In this document: positions 40,203 through 49,952 of the stretch, one piece after another
Layout of the letters: each line of letters begins with the position of its first letter
Numbering within the stretch: the stretch's first letter is position 1
NCBI GenBank assembly: GCA_028748975.1
Contig: JAQTPI010000001.1
Span: forward strand, 64,354 to 128,353
Source of the DNA: Patescibacteria group bacterium
Lineage (GTDB): Bacteria; Patescibacteriota; Patescibacteriia; UBA2196
DNA length: 64,000 nucleotides
Reading direction: 5' to 3'
Program-made: the position numbers and the translations under genes
Notes under the pieces: generated by a model
Database searches by the model: none
Told to the model about the DNA's origin: nothing
What the model saw: only the letters and a program-made list of their open reading frames with translations

Positions 40203-42743
40203 ATGCCAAATTATTTACCCTCATCTCCCTTGGAACCAAACCTATTAAGCAACCCATCCTTTGCCGTCTTTTTATTTTTACTCGGCATTCTCGTCCTAAT
40301 TTTTGTGGCGCTTTTAATTTACCGCAATTATTTGCGGCGGCACTATAAAATCCCGGCCAAATATCAGCCGGCGGTGCTTTTAATTACCGTGCCGAAAGAA
40401 GCGGCTGGCGATAAGAATCAGTCTGGTAATCTGACCGAAACCATGCGTTCGCAAATCGCCTGGGCCGAAGGATTTTTAACTCAGCTCGGTTCCATCAAGC
40501 CGCAAAAAGGCTTTAAGGCCTGGCTCTATGGCCGTCATGATAATTTGGCTCTGGAAATTGTGGCGCATCAAAAATTAATTTCTTTTTACGTGGTGGTGCC
40601 AGAGTATCTTAAGCAATTTCTGGAACAGCAGCTGCTGGCCCAGTACCCGAGCGCCCAAGTGGAAGAAGCAGAGGATTATAATATCTTCACTCCCAAATCT
40701 TTTGTCGCCTCGGCCAATCTGCAATTGGGTAAAAATTCCATGTTCCCGATTAAAACTTATCGTGAATTTGATAATGACCCCCTGAACGCCATCACCAATG
40801 TCTTAAGCAAACTGGAAGACACCGCTGGCGCCGTGGTCCAAATTTTAATTCGTCCGGCGCCGAGAAATTGGCACGATTATGGCTTGAAAGTTGTCACTGC
40901 TATGCAGCAGGGCAAACCTCTGAAAAAAGTTTTGAAAGCGCAGGAAGCGGACATTTTTAGCGCGCTCAGTAAAACTTACAATTTTTTTGCCGGTCCTGCG
41001 GCTAAAAAGGAAGACAATCAAATGGCGCCGGGGGTTTACCGCCTTTCGCCCATGGAAGAAGAAATGATTAAAAAAATTCAGGCCAAAAGTTCCAAAGCTG
41101 GTTTGCAATCCAACATTCGCGTGGTGGTTTCCTCGGAAAATTATCAGGCGCCGGATATCTACCTTCATAATATTTTAAATTCTTTTGGGCAGTACAACAT
41201 CACTGAATATGGCAATAATTTCAAAATCAGTAAAGCCAAAAGCAATGACCGCATTGTTTCGGAATCCATCCACCGTATTTTTGATAATAACCGTTCTTTC
41301 ATCTTGAACACGGAAGAGTTGGCATCGCTCTATCATTTTCCTCTGCCCACTTGCGAAACTCCCAATATTCGCTGGCTTTTGGCGCGTAAAGCCGCTCCGC
41401 CAATTAATATTCCGCCCACAGGAATTGTTTTAGGAAAAAATAATTTTCGCGGGGTGGAAACTTTAATCAGAATGAAAGAAGAAGATCGCATGCGCCATTT
41501 CTATATTATTGGTATGACTGGTACTGGTAAATCCGTTTTGATGGAAGAAATGGCCAAACAAGACATTGCTGAAGGCCGCGGTGTTTGTTTTCTTGACCCG
41601 CATGGCACGGCCATTGACCAAATTTTGCCTTGCATCCCAGAAAATCGTCAAAAAGATGTGGTCTATTTTGACCCCTCCGACGTGGAAATGCCAATTGGTT
41701 TAAATATGCTGGAAGCCAAGACCCAGCAGGAAATGGATTTTGCCGCTTCGGAAATGATTACGATTTTTTATAAACTTCTGCCCGACCCGTCCATGGGCGG
41801 TCCCATGTTTGAACACTACATGAGAAATGCTTTGCTTCTTTTGATGGCCGACCAGGCTGACCCGGGTACTTTGGTGGAATTGGGCCGCGTTTTTACTGAT
41901 GATGAATATCGCGCGGAAAAATTAAAACACACTCGTGATTTGTTGGTGCGTGACTTTTGGGAAAGAGAATATCCGGCCTCCCAGCGGGGGAGCATGGCTT
42001 CCGATATGCTGTCCTATGTTGTTTCCAAAACTGGCCGTTTTGTGGAAAATGAAATGATGAGAAACATCATTGGCCAGTCACGTTCCGGCTTCAATTTCCG
42101 CCAAGTCATGGATGAGGGCAAAATTCTTCTAGTCAATTTGTCCAAAGGAAAAATCGGCGAAATGAATAGTAACTTACTGGGTTTAATTATTGTTTCCAAA
42201 TTGCAAATGGCCGCCATGGGCCGTGCTGATTTGCCGGAAAATCAAAGAAAAGATTTTCTACTCTACATTGATGAGTTCCAAAATTATACCACCGATTCCA
42301 TGTCCACCATTTTGGCTGAAGCCAGAAAATATCGCCTCGGTCTAATTATGGCGCATCAATACATCGGCCAGTTGGTGAAGGGCCAGGACACTTCCATCCG
42401 TGACGCGGTTTTCGGCAACGTCGGCACGCTCGCTGTTTTCCGCATTGGCGCCGAAGACGCGGAATTTTTGGCCAAACAATACGCCCCGGTCTTTAATGAG
42501 TATGATTTAATCAATATTGAAAAATTTAACGCTTATGTTAGGCTATTAATAGATAACCAGGCCAGCCGGCCGTTTAATATGGCCACCCTGCCGCCCAGTT
42601 TTGGTAATCCGCAAACAGCAACTTCTATTATTAATAATTCCCGCCAAACCTATGGCCACTCCAAAGCGGAAGTGGAAGCGGAAATTGTGAGAAGGTCAAA
42701 GATAGGAGAGCTTGGCAAGGAAATGGAAGAAGAAGAAAAATAG
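40203..42743 (+). CDS. VirD4/TraG/HerA-like membrane-anchored ATPase
   Basis: RHFYIIGMTGTGKS (Walker A), LYIDEFQN (Walker B), EARKYRL...AHQY. Confidence 0.85.
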   Translation: MPNYLPSSPLEPNLLSNPSFAVFLFLLGILVLIFVALLIYRNYLRRHYKIPAKYQPAVLLITVPKEAAGDKNQSGNLTETMRSQIAWAEGFLTQLGSIKPQKGFKAWLYGRHDNLALEIVAHQKLISFYVVVPEYLKQFLEQQLLAQYPSAQVEEAEDYNIFTPKSFVASANLQLGKNSMFPIKTYREFDNDPLNAITNVLSKLEDTAGAVVQILIRPAPRNWHDYGLKVVTAMQQGKPLKKVLKAQEADIFSALSKTYNFFAGPAAKKEDNQMAPGVYRLSPMEEEMIKKIQAKSSKAGLQSNIRVVVSSENYQAPDIYLHNILNSFGQYNITEYGNNFKISKAKSNDRIVSESIHRIFDNNRSFILNTEELASLYHFPLPTCETPNIRWLLARKAAPPINIPPTGIVLGKNNFRGVETLIRMKEEDRMRHFYIIGMTGTGKSVLMEEMAKQDIAEGRGVCFLDPHGTAIDQILPCIPENRQKDVVYFDPSDVEMPIGLNMLEAKTQQEMDFAASEMITIFYKLLPDPSMGGPMFEHYMRNALLLLMADQADPGTLVELGRVFTDDEYRAEKLKHTRDLLVRDFWEREYPASQRGSMASDMLSYVVSKTGRFVENEMMRNIIGQSRSGFNFRQVMDEGKILLVNLSKGKIGEMNSNLLGLIIVSKLQMAAMGRADLPENQRKDFLLYIDEFQNYTTDSMSTILAEARKYRLGLIMAHQYIGQLVKGQDTSIRDAVFGNVGTLAVFRIGAEDAEFLAKQYAPVFNEYDLINIEKFNAYVRLLIDNQASRPFNMATLPPSFGNPQTATSIINNSRQTYGHSKAEVEAEIVRRSKIGELGKEMEEEEK

Positions 42744-42895
42744 AACAGATTGACACAGATATAAAACAGATAGTACACAGATACACAGATTTTTTCGTCT
42801 CCCTCTCCTTAATAAGGAGAGGGTCGGGGGAGAGGTCGCAAATATCTGTGCATCTGTGAAAATCCGTGCTCTATCTGTGAAAATTTGTTTATTAT

Positions 42896-43477
42896 ATGCT
42901 TGAAAACCTTTTCGGCTCGCGCACGCGCGTCAAATTATTGAAACTTTTCCTTTTGTCCGAAGGCCGTTTTTTTGTGCGCGAAATCGCGCGCCTGACCGGC
43001 GAGGAACTGAATTCTGTCCGGCGCGAACTGAAAAATTTGGTGGAGTTCGGCTTGGTCAAAGAAGTCAGCGCCGAAGTCGGCCGCGCCGCCAAAGATGAAA
43101 GCAAAAAATTTTATGAGGCCGATGTTAATTTCGTGCTCTATGATGAATTGAAAAATTTATTTTTGAAAACCCGTCTCTTGGTGGAGCGCCTCTTTATTAA
43201 AAACGCCAAGCGCCTTGGCCATGTCAAACTTTTGGTGCTCTCTGGTTTTTTTGTTAATGATTTGGATGCCAAAACCGACCTCCTCATCGCCGGCCAAATC
43301 AATAAGCGCGCCCTGGCCGGTTTCATCAATAAAATCAGCCACGAATTCAATCAGCCCATCCGCTACACCACCATGACTTCCACGGAATTCAATTATCGCC
43401 ACAAAATCACCGACAAATTTTTATTTGAAGTTCTGGAAGGCAGAAAAATCGTGGTAATTGATAATTTGGAGAAATAA
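42896..43477 (+). CDS. winged-HTH protein with nucleotidyltransferase-like C-terminus
   Basis: LFGSRTR, VREIAR...NSVRREL, DLLIAG. Confidence 0.75.
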   Translation: MLENLFGSRTRVKLLKLFLLSEGRFFVREIARLTGEELNSVRRELKNLVEFGLVKEVSAEVGRAAKDESKKFYEADVNFVLYDELKNLFLKTRLLVERLFIKNAKRLGHVKLLVLSGFFVNDLDAKTDLLIAGQINKRALAGFINKISHEFNQPIRYTTMTSTEFNYRHKITDKFLFEVLEGRKIVVIDNLEK

Positions 43478-43535
43478 ATAAATGAAAATAAAAAATCGGC
43501 CGCGTGCTCATGGCCGATTTTGATTTTGAAAATAT

Positions 43536-44432
43536 TTACGGGCTTAAGAGGTTTTTGGCCTTTTTTGCCACGTATTTTTGCGTTTTTTCATTCAGACTGT
43601 AAAATGAAAGATTTTGGAGAACTTGATTTTTTTCTATTGGATAATTTGGGCTAAGTTGCCTAAGGATGATGACTCCTGGCGGACTTTTATAAGCCAAATT
43701 TCGTTCACGCTTTTCATTGGTTTTCCAATTATAGCAATAGTAGGTGGTATCATTTTTTTTATTAACCCTGTTCCACCAGAGATAGTAATAGATATTGATT
43801 CCATTCCACTCGGCACGCGCTTGTTTTAAGAATTGAGCCCCGTTAACCGGTAGCAGAGGAATGTAATTTTTAATATCAAAATTACTGTCAAGCATGAAAG
43901 CCTTTTGACCATATTGCGACAAATCCAGTGGCACGCATTCTTTTTTTACTTTTGTCCGATAACTTTTTAGCAAATTAAGAACCGTCTTTCTGATTTGTCT
44001 CTGCTCGGCTTTGTTTATTTTTTTCCAGTCTGAGAATGATTTGTTGTACCACAGATCAGCTACATTAGGGATGCCATACCATTCTTTTGCTGAAAAGAAT
44101 TCATTTGTTATGTTTTTTTTCTTGCCAGAGGTTTCAATCTTTTGTCTCAAACATTTGTAAGAATCAGGATATTTTGATGGACCTTCCACCCACCAGAACC
44201 AATAGGTCATTACCGAATCTTGATTGTCCGGCGGAACGCGTTTAATCTGCCTGACAAACAAGGATTTATCAACGATTGGCACAAACGTTTCCCAATTCAA
44301 ATCCGCTGTTTCCAGTTGCGGACTGTTTTCATATTTTGCCAGATTGGGCGGTTGGGTGCGCCGGATATTCCAGGCAATTGCACAAAGAATTGCAGTCGCC
44401 ACCACCGCCACCACCGCTACTTTTACCCGCAT
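43536..44432 (-). CDS. secreted or anchored hypothetical protein (islet)
   Basis: signal anchor; AGGAGG SD; promoter 44509-44481; terminator 43492-43521. Confidence 0.75.
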   Translation of the reverse strand: MRVKVAVVAVVATAILCAIAWNIRRTQPPNLAKYENSPQLETADLNWETFVPIVDKSLFVRQIKRVPPDNQDSVMTYWFWWVEGPSKYPDSYKCLRQKIETSGKKKNITNEFFSAKEWYGIPNVADLWYNKSFSDWKKINKAEQRQIRKTVLNLLKSYRTKVKKECVPLDLSQYGQKAFMLDSNFDIKNYIPLLPVNGAQFLKQARAEWNGINIYYYLWWNRVNKKNDTTYYCYNWKTNEKRERNLAYKSPPGVIILRQLSPNYPIEKNQVLQNLSFYSLNEKTQKYVAKKAKNLLSP

Positions 44433-44552
44433 AAATTACCTCCTTCGGGTTTGGTTTTGAAAGGATATTTGATCATTTTAATCTTAGCAAATTTTGAAAA
44501 ATAGGTCAAGAAGGTGTATAATAAAATTAGGTTGACAGTAATCCACAAATTA

Positions 44553-45107
44553 ATGTTAAATCTTGATTACCAAATCTTCAAATTAATCAACGACCTGGCT
44601 GGCAAAAGCCAGCTACTTGATTTTGTCGGAATTTTTTGCGCCAAATATTTGATTTTTGTCATCGCTGGCGTGGTTTTGGGCTGGTGGCTGGGGCTGCATA
44701 AAACCAAGCCCACCTTGGCCTGGCCAATCATTGGTCGGCGCAAGTGGCTGATTTTCGGCAATGTTTCGCTTTCCATTCTTTTAACCATGCTTTTGAATTA
44801 TGTTTTAGGTTTTTTAAAATTTCGCAGCCGGCCCTTTGTCAGTTTGCATACCGGCCGCCTCGTTAATCCTTTTTCCGAAAAATCTTTTCCCTCTGACCAC
44901 GCCGCCGTGGCTTTTGCCATTGCCCTGGCGGTTTTTCTTTATGATAAAAAGTTGGGAATTGTTTTAATGTTTCTTTCAGTGTTGGTGGGCCTGGGCCGGA
45001 TTTACGCCGGCGTGCATTATCCTTTAGATGTTGTTGGCGGAATTATCGTCGGCATTTTATCGGCCGTGTTTATGAAGTTGGTGGTGTTTAGGGGGGTTAG
45101 AGAATAG
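44553..45107 (+). CDS. PAP2 family phosphatase (BcrC-like)
   Basis: RSRP, SFPSDH, GRIYAGVHYPLD. Confidence 0.9.
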   Translation: MLNLDYQIFKLINDLAGKSQLLDFVGIFCAKYLIFVIAGVVLGWWLGLHKTKPTLAWPIIGRRKWLIFGNVSLSILLTMLLNYVLGFLKFRSRPFVSLHTGRLVNPFSEKSFPSDHAAVAFAIALAVFLYDKKLGIVLMFLSVLVGLGRIYAGVHYPLDVVGGIIVGILSAVFMKLVVFRGVRE

Positions 45108-45238
45108 AGAAGAGTGAAAAGAGAACAGTGAATAGTGTGAGCGGGCTTCCAACTCGTCTTTTTATTTGACACATTTTTTGTCGTTTGCTAAGCTGTTAAT
45201 ACATAAATTACCTTACCAATTCATAAAAGGGAGGAAAG

Positions 45239-45604
45239 ATGCCAGAACCAGTAGCCAAAACAAAACCGAGATTTCGGGGTCATTTTTCAATGGCGGGATG
45301 TATGACATTGCCAGCGGGTAAAGTCAGAGAATCTTTACTAAACGAAAAAGGATATGATTTATTGATCTCAATGTTTTGTCACTCGGGTGCTCATAGTGGT
45401 GGTTATAGTTTAGAATTTACTACTTGGAGTAGGGAAATTGTTGCCATTTTGGAGCAAGAAATAATTCCAGGCTATAGTGAAGGGATACCAGAAAAAAAAG
45501 AAGAAGAAAACGGCCTGATTATATTAAGAGTCGCCAGTTTTTACAGGCACATAGGGGCCGTAGTTCAATATTTCCGTAAAATCGGTTTTGAATTTGATTT
45601 TTAA
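45239..45604 (+). CDS. hypothetical protein (islet)
   Basis: promoter 45166-45194, GGGAGG SD, terminator near 45636-45663. Confidence 0.7.
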   Translation: MPEPVAKTKPRFRGHFSMAGCMTLPAGKVRESLLNEKGYDLLISMFCHSGAHSGGYSLEFTTWSREIVAILEQEIIPGYSEGIPEKKEEENGLIILRVASFYRHIGAVVQYFRKIGFEFDF

Positions 45605-45748
45605 AGTTTGTTCGGGTTGGTAATTTCATAACATCAAACCTCGCCCAAAACGAGGTTTTTTTTATTTCCACTCTTTTAGAAGGAAAAGAAGTTATCCACT
45701 TTTATTGGTTATTGTCAGATGTTAAAAAGTGGTGTATAATTAATGTAG

Positions 45749-45773
45749 AGTGGTAAAAAGTGGAAAAAAGTGG
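45749..45773 (+). promoter_or_regulatory. putative MraZ-binding boxes
   Basis: AGTGG three times at exact 10-bp period upstream of mraZ. Confidence 0.8.
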
Positions 45774-45891
45774 ATAACTAGTGTAAAACAATTTGGTTTT
45801 AAGCTAAGTTTTGAACTAACCACGCTAAAAATAACACAACGGGATCCCTCGGCCGATGAAATATCGGCCTCGGGATGACAAACACAGTAAC

Positions 45892-46323
45892 ATGTTCATC
45901 GGCGAATATCTTCATGGTTTAGACGCTAAAAACAGATTGGCTATTCCAGCCAAATTTCGGGCTGAACTGAAAAGCGGGGCAGTCTTGACGCGTGGTTTGG
46001 ATTCCTGCCTTTTTCTTCTAACCAAAAAAGATTGGGAGAAATTTATGGAAAAAATCTCCGGCTCGCCTTTGGGCAAAGCCGATGCCCGCGGGTTTTCCCG
46101 TTTTATGCTGGCTGGCGCCATGGAAGTGAAATTAGATGGGCTTGGCCGCATTCTCTTGCCCGATTATCTTAAAAAATATGCCGCTTTGGCCAAAAAAGCC
46201 GCCATCATCGGCGTCAACAACCGTTTGGAAATTTGGGACGAAGCCAAATGGGCGTTGTATAAAAAAGGCATTGAAAAACAGGCTGACGAGCTGGCGGAAA
46301 GAATGGGAGAGTTGGGCGTGTAA
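45892..46323 (+). CDS. mraZ: transcriptional regulator MraZ
   Basis: MFIGEY, DAKNRLAIP, DGLGRILLP, RLEIW. Confidence 0.96.
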   Translation: MFIGEYLHGLDAKNRLAIPAKFRAELKSGAVLTRGLDSCLFLLTKKDWEKFMEKISGSPLGKADARGFSRFMLAGAMEVKLDGLGRILLPDYLKKYAALAKKAAIIGVNNRLEIWDEAKWALYKKGIEKQADELAERMGELGV

Positions 46324-46408
46324 GCATGAAAACATAAAAGCATTAAAGCATGAAAACAATTCCTTATTGATTTGTTTTAATGCTCTAGTGTTTTAATGTT
46401 TTAATGTT

Positions 46409-47287
46409 ATGGCTATCCATAAATCAGTTTTATTGAAAGAGGTTTTAGAATATTTAAATCCGGAACCAAACCATAATTTTATTGATTGTACTTTCGGCGG
46501 TGGGGGACACAGCCGGGAAATCTTGAAAAGAATCGCGCCAGCTGGTAAACTTTTGGCCATTGATGCGGATGCTGAAACCAGAAATCAGAAACCAGAAATC
46601 AGGGATGACAAAAATTTTATCTTTGTCAACGCTAACTTCCGCGATTTGGAAAACATTGTCAAAGAAAATTTTCCTTACCCTGTTAATGGAATTCTGATGG
46701 ACTTGGGGCTTTCTTCGGATCAATTGGAATCTTCCGGCCGCGGTTTCACTTTTCAAAAAGATGAGCCCCTGGACATGCGCTTTGATACTCGCAAAGAAAC
46801 CAAAGCGGCTGACATCCTTAATTTTGGTTCTCTAGATTATTTAAAAAATATATTTGAAAATTACGGCGAAATTCGCCCAGCGGAAAAATTGGCCAGAAAA
46901 ATTATTGATTTAAGAAAACAAAAGAAATTTCAGACCACCTTTGATCTGGTGGCGGCGGTGGACGAAGCGGGCATTAAATCTCGCAGTCCCAAAATTAATT
47001 CGGCCACGCTGGCTTTTCAGGCGCTGCGCCTCGCGGTCAATGATGAACTGGGCGCCCTGAAAAATGTTTTGCCCGCGGCTCTAAATGTTTTAGCGCCCGG
47101 CGGCCGGTTGGCTGTAATTTCTTTTCACGCCCTGGAAGATAAAATTGTCAAAAATGTTTTTCGTGATTGGTACAAAGCCGGGGCGGTCAGACTTTTAACC
47201 AAAAAACCAGTCGCGCCGAGTTGGGAAGAAGTGAAAACGAATAATAGAAGTCGTAGTGCTAAATTAAGGGTGATTGAAAAAATATAA
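46409..47287 (+). CDS. rsmH: 16S rRNA m4C methyltransferase RsmH
   Basis: DCTFGGGGHS, DLGLSS, PLDMR, FQALR, RSRSAKLR. Confidence 0.96.
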   Translation: MAIHKSVLLKEVLEYLNPEPNHNFIDCTFGGGGHSREILKRIAPAGKLLAIDADAETRNQKPEIRDDKNFIFVNANFRDLENIVKENFPYPVNGILMDLGLSSDQLESSGRGFTFQKDEPLDMRFDTRKETKAADILNFGSLDYLKNIFENYGEIRPAEKLARKIIDLRKQKKFQTTFDLVAAVDEAGIKSRSPKINSATLAFQALRLAVNDELGALKNVLPAALNVLAPGGRLAVISFHALEDKIVKNVFRDWYKAGAVRLLTKKPVAPSWEEVKTNNRSRSAKLRVIEKI

Positions 47288-47501
47288 AATGCGAATTATT
47301 ACAAATTTTGTGCGAATTTTACGAACAGATTATTTGATGTTTATTCGCACAATTCGCAGGTAATTCGCCATTAATTCGCATAAGACACGGTAAAAAACAA
47401 CGAGCGGGTGAAAAATGAATAAATTTAATAAATAGTAGGGTTAATAGAAATATATAGGGAAAGCGTAAGCCGTCGAACTGACGGTAAAAACAAAAATAAA
47501 A

Positions 47502-47864
47502 ATGTCCAAGTATTTTTCATTTTGCAATGATAAGCAGAAAAGGTTAAATATGGGCAAAAAAACACGCCGCGCCAAATGTTTAAACTTGAATTTAACTTCG
47601 CGCCTTTTTCTTTTGGGCTTGGTTTGTTTTGGTGTTTTTGCCTATGTTTTAACCGTCAACAACGGTTCGGTCAAGGGTTTTGAAATTTCCCGTTTGGAGA
47701 GCCAGCTTAATGAGCTGCAACTTCAAAATCAAAAATTAACTGACCAAGTGCAGGCCACCAAATCCCTTTCCACTCTGGAAGATAAAGTTAAAACACTCCA
47801 AATGGTGGCGGTTTCCAACATAGAATATCTGGATGTTAGTGGACCAGTGGCGATGGCAAAATAA
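47502..47864 (+). CDS. FtsL-like cell division protein
   Basis: TM plus coiled coil, located between rsmH and the PBP gene. Confidence 0.6.
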   Translation: MSKYFSFCNDKQKRLNMGKKTRRAKCLNLNLTSRLFLLGLVCFGVFAYVLTVNNGSVKGFEISRLESQLNELQLQNQKLTDQVQATKSLSTLEDKVKTLQMVAVSNIEYLDVSGPVAMAK

Positions 47865-48008
47865 AAACTCAAAACTCAAGGAAAGGAAAACAGAAATTAG
47901 AAATCAGAAAACAGGGAAATCCTGATTACTAATTTCTGATTTCTGATTACAATCTATGGCCCTTGCTTCTTGCTTTTTGTTTATTGTGTTTTGTGTTTTG
48001 AAATATCT

Positions 48009-49751
48009 ATGTTTCACCGTCACGGCATCATCAAAAATAGCCATAAGGAAAATTCGGCGGCGCGGATAACAATTGTTGCCGCGCTGTTTTTCTTTTTGGC
48101 GGTTTTAATTGGACTCCGCCTTTTTTATTTGCAGGTCTGGCGCCATGGCTCTTTTCAAAATCAAAGCGATGAACAGCGTGGGTCTTTAAAAAAAATCATA
48201 CCTAGCCGTGGTTTAATTTATGCCGCCGATCAAGCTGGTGATAATCCATTGGTGGCCGATAATAAAGAATTATATCTGCTTTTCGCCGTGCCGCCGCAAA
48301 TTAAAAACGCCACCGCCACCGTGGATGCGCTCAATAAAATTTGGCCCCTGACGCAAACCGAACGGGAAAAAATTTGGCGCCAACTCCAAAAAGTAAATGA
48401 CCCCTACGAGCCCCTGCGGCATTATTTGACTGTGGAAGAAAAAAATAAAATTTTCGACTTGCAAATAGCTGGTTTGAATTTTTCTCCGGAAACCAAGAGA
48501 TATTATCCGGAAAAAAATATTTTTTCGCACCTGACCGGTTTTGTGGGTTTTGTCGGCGACAGCCAGGTGGGCAGTTATGGTTTGGAAGAATTTTTTGAAA
48601 GTGAATTAAAAGGCCAGAGTGGGGAAGTGAAACTGGAAAAAGACCCAGCCGGCCGTTTAATCGGCGTGGGTGACTTTGAAATCACTCCGGCTGTTAATGG
48701 CGCGGATTTATATTTAACCATTGACCGCCAAGTGCAATTCAAAACTTGTTCGGTTTTGGCGGAGACAATCAAAAAATTTGAAGCCGAGGGCGGTTCGGCT
48801 TTGGTGCAAGATCCCAACACTGGCGCGATTTTGGCGCTCTGCAATAACCCCGATTTTGATCCCAATAATTATAATCAAGTTGCCAGCGCCAGCGTCTATA
48901 CTAATCAGGCCATTGCTTCCCAATTTGAACCCGGTTCAATTTTTAAAGCTTTTACCATGGCCGTCGCGCTTGATGTTGGCGCGGTTACGCCGGAAACCAC
49001 CTATGAAGACAAGGGTGTTTTGGTTTTTGGCAAAGAAACTGTCCGCAATGCCGCTGATAAAGTCTATGGTCTCTCCAGCATGACCAAAGTCTTGGAATAT
49101 TCCATCAACACTGGCGCAGTTTTCGCTGCCGAGAGCGCCGGCCGCGAAAATATGAAAAAATATCTGGAGAATTTTGGTTTTGGCGTCAAGACCGGAATTG
49201 AATTTAAAAGCGAAGCCAAAGGCGATATTTCTTCTCTTAAAAATAAAAGTGCCATTTATTTGGCTACTTCTTCTTTTGGCCAAGGCATTGCGGTCACGCC
49301 CATTCAAATTTTAAATGCTTTTTCTGCCATCGCGAATGGCGGCAATCTCTATCAGCCTTTTGTTGTCAAAAAAATTATTTCCGCGGATGGCCGCAACAAA
49401 GAGATCGAGCCAAAAATAGTCCGCCGGGTAATTTCCGAACGCACCGCCAATGTTTTGAAGGCCATGTTGGTGTCGGTGATTGAAAATGGGCACGGCAAAC
49501 CCGCCGCGGTCAAAGGTTATTATGTCGGCGGCAAAACCGGTACTGCCGAAATTCCTTCGCCTGCCGGCGGCTATCTTAACGCTTTCAATCATTCTTTTGT
49601 TGGTTTTGCGCCGGCTGGGAGTCCGCGTTTCACTGTTTTTGTCAAAATAACCAATCCTAAAATGCGTTTTGCCGAAAGTACGGCCGCGCCCGCATTTGCG
49701 GAAATCATGAAATTTCTGCTAAACTATTACCAGGTTCCGACGGAACGGTAA
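48009..49751 (+). CDS. class B penicillin-binding protein (FtsI-like)
   Basis: EPGSIFK (SxxK), SIN (SxN), KTGTA. Confidence 0.93.
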   Translation: MFHRHGIIKNSHKENSAARITIVAALFFFLAVLIGLRLFYLQVWRHGSFQNQSDEQRGSLKKIIPSRGLIYAADQAGDNPLVADNKELYLLFAVPPQIKNATATVDALNKIWPLTQTEREKIWRQLQKVNDPYEPLRHYLTVEEKNKIFDLQIAGLNFSPETKRYYPEKNIFSHLTGFVGFVGDSQVGSYGLEEFFESELKGQSGEVKLEKDPAGRLIGVGDFEITPAVNGADLYLTIDRQVQFKTCSVLAETIKKFEAEGGSALVQDPNTGAILALCNNPDFDPNNYNQVASASVYTNQAIASQFEPGSIFKAFTMAVALDVGAVTPETTYEDKGVLVFGKETVRNAADKVYGLSSMTKVLEYSINTGAVFAAESAGRENMKKYLENFGFGVKTGIEFKSEAKGDISSLKNKSAIYLATSSFGQGIAVTPIQILNAFSAIANGGNLYQPFVVKKIISADGRNKEIEPKIVRRVISERTANVLKAMLVSVIENGHGKPAAVKGYYVGGKTGTAEIPSPAGGYLNAFNHSFVGFAPAGSPRFTVFVKITNPKMRFAESTAAPAFAEIMKFLLNYYQVPTER

Positions 49752-49952
49752 TAATTTTTTTATAGCCTGCCCTGAGCGCTAGCGAAGGGCACCAGCCGAA
49801 TTTTGGGGAGGCAATATTAAAATCGCTAGAACCATCAAAAAATCCCTTTGTTACTCCGTTACTTTGTTACTTTATTATTCACCGCTTCGGCCACGGGATC
49901 CTTCGCCTCGCCCATGCTTGGGCGATGGCTCAGGATAGACTTAGTAAAACCT

